A stretch of 52,024 nt of DNA from a virus (lineage: Duplodnaviria > Caudoviricetes), in the IMG/VR virus record IMGVR_UViG_3300017912_003772, positions 1 through 52,024 of that record, one strand, 5' to 3'. Positions 1 to 8,286 of this stretch are shown one piece after another; position 1 is the first letter of the stretch, and each line of letters opens with the position of its first letter. The position numbers and the translations under genes were made by a program. The notes under the pieces were generated by a model. The model saw nothing but the letters and a program-made list of their open reading frames with translations. It made no database searches and was not told the origin of the DNA.

Positions 1-432
1 CGAGGCACATAATATCGATTTCCTTGAGGTTCCGTAAGCGGCGCCAGATCTGGAATGTATGGCGTTTAATGAGATACAGACACACGACAAACAGTATTAA
101 AGGATACAGGCTCTGAGAAAAAGCAACCTGTGTGTTGGTATAACCAAACTCTACCAGGTTATATTGACATCCGTGGGATACCAGTGACGGTAGTGTATGA
201 GGAGATAAGGCCCACCACTTCTTAATAGCACCCGAGTTAGAGATGGCGATACATCACATGATGGCTCTTTTTTTTCACCCGGCAACGGGTGAATTATGGC
301 TCCACATACATGATAGCAATATCAAATGTAAAAAACTTTCAAACAAATGAAAGAGTGAAGTGAAACGAAACGATTGAATGTAGTTTGAAAAGACACGAAG
401 TGTCTAAAGCATTTGAAAGAGTTTAAATGTTT
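1..432 (+). ncRNA. Candidate structured non-coding RNA or cis-element, probably truncated at its 5' end by the window
   Basis: No ORF in the track and GC-richer than the flanking genes. Stems: 40-46/60-66; 104-110/127-133; 133-145/157-169 (13 bp with three G-U pairs); 173-177/211-215; 274-281/286-293 closed by a GCAA (GNRA) loop; 337-344/383-390; 391-396/400-405. The G-U pairs and GNRA loop favour the + strand. No family recognised. Confidence 0.5.
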
Positions 433-457
433 GTGTTGGCTAACGTGTTAAACTGTA

Positions 458-2224
458 TTAGTTAACGTATTCTGTGTCTGTGTTATAAGCAGTAAATCCA
501 CCTTCTTTTACCACTGTTAACACATTGTTAACTCTGCCTACAAGTTCTTCTTTATGGGAAATAAGCATGATGTTTTTGCCTTGCTCACGATTCATCTTCT
601 TGAGTATTGCAAGTGCATTTTCTACACCCATAGTATCCATGCCACTGTCAACCAGTTCATCGATACACATTAGGTTCATAGGCCTATTGAGACTTTCGTA
701 CATGTCGCGGAATGCCCAACTTAGTCCTAAAATAAGTCTGTTACGTTCACCTCTACTTAGATTATCAAAGTCTAAATCGCGACCATACTCTGTGATTTCG
801 ACGCCTAAATCGTTCGCAAATTTAACATCGTGCGGTAATCCTAACTTGTCCAAATAGTGAGAAAGTCGGTGATTTAGATACATGATATTTTGATCGATGA
901 TCCTGCGTCTTATGAAACTGTCTTTGCTGGTAAGCAACTTATATAAAAATTCTTGGTGCTCTTGTTTGTTGGTTAAATCATTCATGAGGTCAAAACTGAT
1001 TTCCTGCATACCTGAATTTTGCAGTCCTTCGATTTGTTCAATGTAAGGATTTACCTCTTCGGATTTTTCGACCATCTGTGATTTCATTGTTTCCAGATTG
1101 TGTTTGTGTTCTAATGCTTGTTCTTTACTGTTATAAAACACATTTGGCTTTTCTGGTAAGTTGCTGTACTGTTCTAATTCTTCGGTGATAGCATTTACAC
1201 GAGTCTCTGTGTCGTTGTAATATTCTTGTTCAGTGTCAATTTTCTCCGCTAACTCTTTCATGTAATCTTCATGCTCATCTAAGTGTGCTGTGTCTTGCCC
1301 ACAAGCATAACACACACCTTCTTTGGCACTATCTAAATTGCTTTTTAATTCTTGTACTTTTGCAAGACTACGTTTCAGCGAAGTGTTTGATCGAGACAGT
1401 TCTGAATCTAAATTTTGTTTCTTTGCAGTTTGCTCTTTGAGTGTAGATAAAATTTCATGATTACCTAATTCTAAATCAATGTCTATTTTTTCAAGTTCTA
1501 TAATGGATTCTCCAAACTCCAGTATCTTGTTGTCTTTATTACTTTCCCATGCTTTACTGCGACTTTCAATTTCTTTAATATTCTTTTCGATACGTTTGTT
1601 GCTTTCTTCTACAGCATTTATTCTAAATTCTTCTTGCTTTATTTCGTCGCGAGTTTCTCGCATTCTTTCTTTTAAAACTTCTGCTTTTCTTGACAACTCA
1701 GTGATACCTAACAGTTGCTCGATCATGTCACGTTGATCATTGTTTTTCATTGCAAGGAACGGTTCAGTGTAAGTGTTTAATGCAATTAAATGCTTAAACA
1801 TAGAATGCGGAAAGCCTATAACTTTTTCTATTTCTTTTTGAGTTTCACGACTGTCGCCTTGTTGTTCTCCGTCAATGGCATCTTGGCCATTCACTAAAAA
1901 ACGTAAAACGTTAGGGCGCCTGCCCCTTTCAATTCTGTATTCAGTGCCTTCTATTTCAAAGTCAACGGTGGTGATCATGCCCTTACCATTTGTTTTGTTA
2001 ATAAGGTTATCACGTCTAATGTTTGTTAATGCTTCGCCGTAAAGAGCATAACTGAGAGCATTTATAATAGTAGTTTTACCTGTACCGTTTCTACTACCAT
2101 CGCCTCCCATATCTAAATTGTGACCAAGAACCAGGGTCAATTGACAACCATCAAAATTTACTGCTTGAGTATTATTACCAACACTCATAAAATTCTTTGC
2201 TGTTACATTTTTAATCTTTAACAC
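458..2224 (-). CDS. gp46: Rad50/SbcC-like recombination ATPase (T4 gp46-like)
   Basis: Walker A GTGKTT, long coiled coil with CYAC zinc hook, signature LSRGE, Walker B LMCIDE, H-loop ISH; translationally coupled to the Mre11-like gene. Confidence 0.95.
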   Translation of the reverse strand: MLKIKNVTAKNFMSVGNNTQAVNFDGCQLTLVLGHNLDMGGDGSRNGTGKTTIINALSYALYGEALTNIRRDNLINKTNGKGMITTVDFEIEGTEYRIERGRRPNVLRFLVNGQDAIDGEQQGDSRETQKEIEKVIGFPHSMFKHLIALNTYTEPFLAMKNNDQRDMIEQLLGITELSRKAEVLKERMRETRDEIKQEEFRINAVEESNKRIEKNIKEIESRSKAWESNKDNKILEFGESIIELEKIDIDLELGNHEILSTLKEQTAKKQNLDSELSRSNTSLKRSLAKVQELKSNLDSAKEGVCYACGQDTAHLDEHEDYMKELAEKIDTEQEYYNDTETRVNAITEELEQYSNLPEKPNVFYNSKEQALEHKHNLETMKSQMVEKSEEVNPYIEQIEGLQNSGMQEISFDLMNDLTNKQEHQEFLYKLLTSKDSFIRRRIIDQNIMYLNHRLSHYLDKLGLPHDVKFANDLGVEITEYGRDLDFDNLSRGERNRLILGLSWAFRDMYESLNRPMNLMCIDELVDSGMDTMGVENALAILKKMNREQGKNIMLISHKEELVGRVNNVLTVVKEGGFTAYNTDTEYVN

Positions 2225-3240
2225 TATTCTATCTCTATGCTCTGATATATGTCAATTAATTGTTGCTTGTTTACTGTTTGACTTTCGATTGTTTCCAACT
2301 GTTGAATAACTATTTGGTCTACACTTTCAAATTTTATTTCACCGCCTTCGTATTGCTCTTCTTCTTTTATTGGAATAAGTTGCAATTCTCTGACGTTATA
2401 CTGCTCAGCAAATTTTTCCCTGATAAAGTTTGCTTCTTCGTAACTAATACTGATATCAAGTTTGACTCTTGCATAAGTGTAACTGTCTAACAAGTTTTGG
2501 TGATTGTCTAATAATTGCTTTAGTGTAAACACTCTGTATTTTGGACACTCAGTCCAGTTTACATACTGCGGTTCTTCGCCCCATGTTAAAAACATAGCAC
2601 CACGTTCATCATCGTCTACGTCTGCGTAATTATGGGGGAAAGCATTACCTATGTAATGTATATTGTTTTTGTATTGACGTTTATGAAAGTGTCCGCTAAA
2701 CACATATTCAGGACCTGACAAATGATCTGCTTTTATACCTCCGTGGTCTGGCATTTCTACCATTGCGTTCATTTTAAAGTACGGAAGTTCAAAATGACCA
2801 AACATATACTTGACATCCATTTTTTGCACTTTTTTGTATTCATCTCCTACAAGCCAAGGTATAATAGCAACATCGTCCTGTACAAAATGTTCATCAATCA
2901 TTACAAAATTAGACAAGTCACGAGCATACTCGATACTGTTAAGTTCTCTTTTATCTCTATAATATAAATCGTGATTACCTGTTATAAAGTAAACAGTTTC
3001 AAATGCATCGTTGATTTTTTTGAGATCTTTGATTGTGGCATTTAGTGTAGCAACATTTACACTTGCTCTTTGATGATGCCAGTCACCGAGGAATATGCAG
3101 GTTTCAGCATTCCTGGCTTTTGCTTCAGCAATAAACCAATCTACATACCTGCTACAATCATCTAAATGTAAGCGACTATTTTGTTTTAAACCGTAATGTA
3201 TGTCAGTAAAACAGGCCGCTGTCTTAAACAGTTCCGCCAT
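2224..3240 (-). CDS. gp47: Mre11/SbcD-like metallophosphoesterase nuclease (T4 gp47-like)
   Basis: Motifs DIH, GDWHH, GNHD, GHF and SGHFH; adjacent to gp46. Confidence 0.95.
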   Translation of the reverse strand: MAELFKTAACFTDIHYGLKQNSRLHLDDCSRYVDWFIAEAKARNAETCIFLGDWHHQRASVNVATLNATIKDLKKINDAFETVYFITGNHDLYYRDKRELNSIEYARDLSNFVMIDEHFVQDDVAIIPWLVGDEYKKVQKMDVKYMFGHFELPYFKMNAMVEMPDHGGIKADHLSGPEYVFSGHFHKRQYKNNIHYIGNAFPHNYADVDDDERGAMFLTWGEEPQYVNWTECPKYRVFTLKQLLDNHQNLLDSYTYARVKLDISISYEEANFIREKFAEQYNVRELQLIPIKEEEQYEGGEIKFESVDQIVIQQLETIESQTVNKQQLIDIYQSIEIE

Positions 3241-3243
3241 AAA

Positions 3244-4110
3244 TTAATCTTGTGTGGTCTGAATATCTGCTTCAGCGGCTTCACGCATTGCTCGTAAATT
3301 TTCTTCATGCTGTATTTGTCTACCATAACTTGGTAAGTGTCCGCTGTCAATTAAGATATCATCTCTAATTGTTTGATTCCTTTTTTCAATATTTAAAACT
3401 CTTGTAAAACTATTATTCACTGCCGCAGTATAGTAAGCAAAAGGGTTATCTGATTTTGCTTCGTTAAACTGCAAACCAATTTGTGCAAGTTGAACTAATG
3501 CTTGTCCACGCATTTCATCAACGTAAGTGTAACCTCTCCAGTTTGCTCTGTGACTATAACGTTCAACAAGTTTTAAAAACATAATACCTAATTTGTTAGA
3601 AATTGTACCAGCATTTGGATCAAAATGCCCGTTACTTAAACTACCAGTCCAATGACTTCGTGCAACTTCAACTACTTCATCGTTGATGTATGCATAATGT
3701 TTAAAAGAAGGGAAATTTACCTTTGCTTTGGTTTCTGCTTCATTTTTAGGATTTTTCTTTCTACCGGGTTCATCAGGAATATGTTCCATAGTCATTACAC
3801 GAAAAACCAAATCTTCTTTGTCTATACTCTTAGGATCAACTAAAAATTCTTTTTGTTTAGGTTTATTCTTGTAATCTTTTGGGTCATGTTCCGCCATTGC
3901 GGCTTGATATGCCTGTTGTTGCATTTTAGATGCTTTGTTTTCTCTTGCTTCTTTTATGCTGTTTCGATTAATCTTTTTTACATCTTCTAAGATTATGTCG
4001 TACATAAAGTATTTCTCGTCTTGCAAGTAGCAATACGACATTTTACTTTTGTGGATTTCTTTTAGGATGTCTTTGTTGTTTAGATAATTGACTTTCTTAG
4101 CCTGTGCCAT
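3244..4110 (-). CDS. gp55: Late-transcription sigma factor (T4 gp55-like), enlarged
   Basis: N-terminal NYLNNKDIL; C-terminal ANWRGYTYVDEM and FNEAKSDNPFAYYT, typical of gp55; T4-like gp55-gp47-gp46 order; GAGGAG Shine-Dalgarno upstream. Confidence 0.88.
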   Translation of the reverse strand: MAQAKKVNYLNNKDILKEIHKSKMSYCYLQDEKYFMYDIILEDVKKINRNSIKEARENKASKMQQQAYQAAMAEHDPKDYKNKPKQKEFLVDPKSIDKEDLVFRVMTMEHIPDEPGRKKNPKNEAETKAKVNFPSFKHYAYINDEVVEVARSHWTGSLSNGHFDPNAGTISNKLGIMFLKLVERYSHRANWRGYTYVDEMRGQALVQLAQIGLQFNEAKSDNPFAYYTAAVNNSFTRVLNIEKRNQTIRDDILIDSGHLPSYGRQIQHEENLRAMREAAEADIQTTQD

Positions 4111-4149
4111 TTACTCTCCTCAAAATTATCGTTCATTTATATTGTTAGT

Positions 4150-4177
4150 ATTATACACAGTCTTTTGTGTATGTCAA
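4150..4177 (-). promoter_or_regulatory. Sigma70-type promoter for gp55-gp47-gp46
   Basis: Minus strand TTGACA (4177-4172), 16-nt spacer, TATAAT (4155-4150); both hexamers are perfect consensus. Confidence 0.8.
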
Positions 4178-4213
4178 GTAATATTTAGCCAGAATTTAAT
4201 TTTAACAACTGTT

Positions 4214-4232
4214 TTAATGAATCCGATAAATA
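4214..4232 (+). promoter_or_regulatory. T4-type late promoter (GATAAATA) with an upstream TTAATGAAT element
   Basis: GATAAATA at 4225-4232 is one mismatch from the T4 late consensus TATAAATA; ATG follows after 5 nt; 18/19 identical to 11954-11972. Confidence 0.75.
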
Positions 4233-4237
4233 GTTAT

Positions 4238-5176
4238 ATGCCAAGTTTAAAAGATTTTGCAAAAGGAACACTTAGCGACCTTGCTAACCAAGGATTGGGG
4301 CAAATTACGAGCGGTCCAGTCGGAGGTATTGTACGTGGTGCTATAGGTGGATTTTTAGATGAAGCAGGTGTTCAAAGCCTGTTATATCCTGGTACTGCCA
4401 GCGAACCTCGTAATGTCGATAACAACTTAGTATTTGGTGCAAGAGAACTAAGCGAACAACAAATTAGGCAACAATTAGGCGAGCAAAGTAATTTTGCGGC
4501 AAGTTCCTTAGCAGTCAACCTCGACGAAGGCAAAGGCATTAATAAAAACTATGATTGGCGAGCAAGACTGAGACCTAAAAAATTAGGCGAAAAAGCCATA
4601 TATGCATTAGATAAAGACAATGTAGGATTGTTAGCACCACTTGTAGAATCAGGTGGTTTAGTGTGGCAATATACCCCTCAAATTTTTAGTAGTGCAATGG
4701 TCAGTTATGTTGAAAACAGTTTAGTTGGTAGTAACTATCCAATATACTCTTTTTCACATTCCACACCGCCTACAATTCCTATCACTGCAGATTTTACTGC
4801 AAACAACATAGGCGAAGCCAGATACATGATGGCTGTTATACATTTTGTTAAGGTTGTTACAAAAGCACACTTTGGTGATGCTTCGTTGGTAAGTGGGGCA
4901 TTTGGTACACCACCGCCAACATTGTTATTTGAATATTTAGGTGACAACGGTTTCAACAAAGTGCCTGTACTTGTGAGAACATACTCAATAACATATGATC
5001 CAGAAGTAGATTATGTACCTGTTACAGGACCAAAAGATGACGAAGTAACATTTGTTCCTACAAGATTTACACTTACGTTAGACTTAGTACCAAATTACAC
5101 ACCACATAAAATTAGAAAACGATTTAACATCGATACGTTGAGAAACGGAAAAGGATTAAAAGACGGATTTGTTTAA
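4238..5176 (+). CDS. Putative baseplate / tail-tube initiator protein
   Basis: First gene of the late baseplate module; C-terminal PPPTLLFEYLG...VPVLV...Y resembles contractile-tail tube/initiator proteins. Start moved from 4088 to ATG 4238 because the longer ORF overlaps gp55 and both promoters. Confidence 0.55.
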   Translation: MPSLKDFAKGTLSDLANQGLGQITSGPVGGIVRGAIGGFLDEAGVQSLLYPGTASEPRNVDNNLVFGARELSEQQIRQQLGEQSNFAASSLAVNLDEGKGINKNYDWRARLRPKKLGEKAIYALDKDNVGLLAPLVESGGLVWQYTPQIFSSAMVSYVENSLVGSNYPIYSFSHSTPPTIPITADFTANNIGEARYMMAVIHFVKVVTKAHFGDASLVSGAFGTPPPTLLFEYLGDNGFNKVPVLVRTYSITYDPEVDYVPVTGPKDDEVTFVPTRFTLTLDLVPNYTPHKIRKRFNIDTLRNGKGLKDGFV

Positions 5177-5475
5177 TGGCAAAATATCAAAAGAACAGTT
5201 TTCTTAGGAATGCAGTTAGTCTAAATGAAAAATTTTTAGATGTAACCAATTTGCCTAAAATCAGAGAAAGTGTGTATGATGAAGATTACACAATAGATTT
5301 TGATGTTGATGAAAGACCTGATTTACTGGCTTTCAAAATTTACGGCGATTCAAATTTATGGTGGGTGTTTGCATTGAGAAATCCAGATGAGTTAGTAGAT
5401 CCTATTAAAGATTTTAAACAAGGAGTATCTATAAAACTGCCATCTGCTGAATCAGTGCAAAATTTAGTGAGATAA
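5176..5475 (+). CDS. gp53: Baseplate wedge protein, gp53/LysM-like
   Basis: ERPDLLAFKIYGDSNLWWVFALRN motif typical of gp53-like proteins; baseplate context. Confidence 0.75.
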   Translation: MAKYQKNSFLRNAVSLNEKFLDVTNLPKIRESVYDEDYTIDFDVDERPDLLAFKIYGDSNLWWVFALRNPDELVDPIKDFKQGVSIKLPSAESVQNLVR

Positions 5476-5478
5476 AAC

Positions 5479-8286
5479 ATGGCCGAAGAAACTGCACCAA
5501 AGGATAAAGCACCAGAAGTCAATAATAGATTCGTAGGCAAAGTTCAGCCAAATATCTTAGATTATTACGACACGCCAACATACAATCTCAAATTATATAT
5601 GATTCCAGAAGACGAAAGGTCTGCTGAAATACTCATAGAAGACGATCCGCGAGATGATAATCCTGCAGGTTCTGGTGTAGTCACAGAGTTCCAAGACCAA
5701 AGTGCTCCGCCAGGTAAAACAGTTATCTTAGCACAAACAGGAGTTACTGCAGGTGCAGGAATAGATAACTTAGAATTAACATCAGTAAGTGGCTCAGAAT
5801 CTGTACAAACGCAAGTAAACTTTCAAATCAGGCAACCAAATTCTGTTACATTTATAGATCAAATTGCCGCGGCAAGAACTTTTTGTGGCGGCCATCCAAG
5901 CGACGATAATATACCGCTTTTCTTAGAAATAAATTTTACAGGTTATGATGAATCTGATGCTGGCCCTGATTCTACTAATCCAGATTTTAATGTTGATGCA
6001 GGTGGTAGTATAAGAGCAATAGCAGGCCCTTACATATACCCATTAATCATAAGAAGAATATCATTTAACATTACAGAAGCAGGATCGACATATGATTTTG
6101 AATGTGTAGTTGCAGACGATCTTGCTTTTGCAGACGAATACTTAAAACTACCTGCTCAATTTGAAACTACTGGAAATAACATACAACAACACATCGAGCA
6201 ACTGCAACAAAAAATTAATAAGTTCAGAGAAAGCAATGTCGAAGGCAACAAGGATAATCAATTTGACGACATTGAAATTCAGTTGCAAGGATTACTTGCA
6301 CAAGAAGGGGAAGGTACACCCAGCCTTGCAGGCAGTGACGAAACCACCATTGAAATAAAACGTGGTGGCTCGCCATTAATATCTAATCAAATTTTAGTAG
6401 CACCTGAGATACAAGAAACCAGCCTTTTCACTGTAAAAGAAAGGGACAAAGATGCAGAAAAAACTGCCGAGGAGGCCCAAGCCGAAGCATCTGGTGACAA
6501 AGTTGAAGAAGGTGAAACAAGTGGACAGGCAAAGAAAGTACCAGACATGTTTACTTTAATCTGGAAAGAAGGTTCTGACATTTATGATTGTTTAGGAACA
6601 CTACTATCAATGAATGTTGAATTTATGCAAAAAGCCTGTAGAGGAGATTACAAAAACGGAGTCAATGACGAGGAAATCACTGACGCCACAGAAGTGCTAT
6701 GGTACAAACTTAAAGCCAGTTGCAAAAACAAAGGCAAGTATGATGAAAAAACTAAGAAACGTTACAAAACTGTAATTTTCAAACCAATGACATATTGGGA
6801 AACTGCAACAGATAGAAATCGACTCGAAGCACAAATTCAAGCAGAAGTAGATGCAGAAGCAACTAAAAGACAAATAGCCGCAATGGAAATTGCTAAAGCA
6901 TATCACTATTTTTATACAGGAAGAAATGATCAAATTTTAAGTTTAGATATCAGTTACCAAAATGGTATTGCATTTTTAGTTCCTCCTCAAGGAGGAACAG
7001 TAGGAGACGTTTATGCAAATAACCCTCTTAACTTTTTGACCCAGCCACTCGATAAAGACACTTTATTAAGTGCTCTTGGACTTGACGAATTGTTTGATTT
7101 ATTTTCATCAGGTAAAAAATTGTTTAACAGTTTTAAAAATTTAGGGGAAACAGCACTTAATGAAATAGGAGAAGTTGCAGGTTTAAGTCCAGGGCAACTT
7201 AAAGATTTTATTAGCAATCCAAAAGGTGCTATTGCACAAGGTGTAGCAAATGCTTTAACAAGAACAGGCAACAACATTGTGGCATCTATTAACGAAATGA
7301 TATCAGGTGGAAGTGAAAGTGATGAAACACAAACTGGCGTATTTACAGAAAGTGATAACGAAAGGCAAAAACAAATAGACCAATACTACAGCAAAGGTAA
7401 TTACGATTCATCGCCAAGCGGATATGTGTATTCTGCAGACTTGGTATCTCTCGGTCCTACTTCTATAGATGGCCAAGAAGCATTAGAAAATATGAGAAAT
7501 GATGTACAAAGTGCAATAGATGAAGAAGAATCAAAAGTAGATGGAGACGAAGCCACTGAGTCAGGAAAAGAAACTGTGTTATCTAAATACATTTCAGGAC
7601 CAGCAGACCAAGGTGTATATAGCGGAGTGCAATCTACATTGTTTAATTATTTGTACAACAATAACAAAGCAGAAGATTTCTTGATAAGACTTGATATGAG
7701 TGTAAGGGGAGATCCATGGTTTTTGGGCGAACCTGATGTAGCAAAAAGACGAAATCCTGATGAACCTAAAAACAAAGACAAAAAAGATGTATTTGCAGGT
7801 ATTCATGAAGACAACAGTATGTTCCATTTATTAGAAATTGCGGCACCAAGATACTTTGATCCAAACATATACGACGAAGATGGTAACACAGGTGAATGGG
7901 GCAAAGCAGGATTTTCATATACCTTATCTGGTGTATATAGATTTGTGAAAGCCATAAATAGATTTTCAGGCGGTATGTATTCAGTGGATATTCAATCAGT
8001 TAAACAAACAGGTATCAGTTTATCTAAATTAACAGGTGGCGAATATATGTCTGGACAAATTGAGCCAGATGAACTGGCAAAAACATTTGATGAATTAGAA
8101 GATTCAGCAATAGGACAACAATTAGGACAAGCATTTGGGTCTTCTTGGAAAAACAACCCTGATGCAATAAAGAAATATTTAGAAACAGTTGATAGATATG
8201 CTAACATAGACGAAGCATTAGCAGATGGTTACTTTACATCAGAACAGGGGGCGGCTTACAAAGCATCACAGGGCGGTGACGGATAA
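5479..8286 (+). CDS. Putative baseplate hub protein (gp27/GpD-like), large and acidic
   Basis: Lies between the gp53-like and gp5-like genes; DMSVRGDPWFL and GVYRFVKAINRFSGGMYS resemble hub C-terminal motifs. Confidence 0.55.
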   Translation: MAEETAPKDKAPEVNNRFVGKVQPNILDYYDTPTYNLKLYMIPEDERSAEILIEDDPRDDNPAGSGVVTEFQDQSAPPGKTVILAQTGVTAGAGIDNLELTSVSGSESVQTQVNFQIRQPNSVTFIDQIAAARTFCGGHPSDDNIPLFLEINFTGYDESDAGPDSTNPDFNVDAGGSIRAIAGPYIYPLIIRRISFNITEAGSTYDFECVVADDLAFADEYLKLPAQFETTGNNIQQHIEQLQQKINKFRESNVEGNKDNQFDDIEIQLQGLLAQEGEGTPSLAGSDETTIEIKRGGSPLISNQILVAPEIQETSLFTVKERDKDAEKTAEEAQAEASGDKVEEGETSGQAKKVPDMFTLIWKEGSDIYDCLGTLLSMNVEFMQKACRGDYKNGVNDEEITDATEVLWYKLKASCKNKGKYDEKTKKRYKTVIFKPMTYWETATDRNRLEAQIQAEVDAEATKRQIAAMEIAKAYHYFYTGRNDQILSLDISYQNGIAFLVPPQGGTVGDVYANNPLNFLTQPLDKDTLLSALGLDELFDLFSSGKKLFNSFKNLGETALNEIGEVAGLSPGQLKDFISNPKGAIAQGVANALTRTGNNIVASINEMISGGSESDETQTGVFTESDNERQKQIDQYYSKGNYDSSPSGYVYSADLVSLGPTSIDGQEALENMRNDVQSAIDEEESKVDGDEATESGKETVLSKYISGPADQGVYSGVQSTLFNYLYNNNKAEDFLIRLDMSVRGDPWFLGEPDVAKRRNPDEPKNKDKKDVFAGIHEDNSMFHLLEIAAPRYFDPNIYDEDGNTGEWGKAGFSYTLSGVYRFVKAINRFSGGMYSVDIQSVKQTGISLSKLTGGEYMSGQIEPDELAKTFDELEDSAIGQQLGQAFGSSWKNNPDAIKKYLETVDRYANIDEALADGYFTSEQGAAYKASQGGDG

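Noticed and set aside
268-293. T-run plus hairpin as an intrinsic terminator
   Set aside because: The T-run precedes the hairpin on the + strand and reads as an A-run after it on the - strand, so the geometry is wrong in both directions.
4088-4237. N-terminal extension of ORF 4088-5176 in the track
   Set aside because: It overlaps the gp55 start and both divergent promoters; ATG 4238 after the late promoter fits better.
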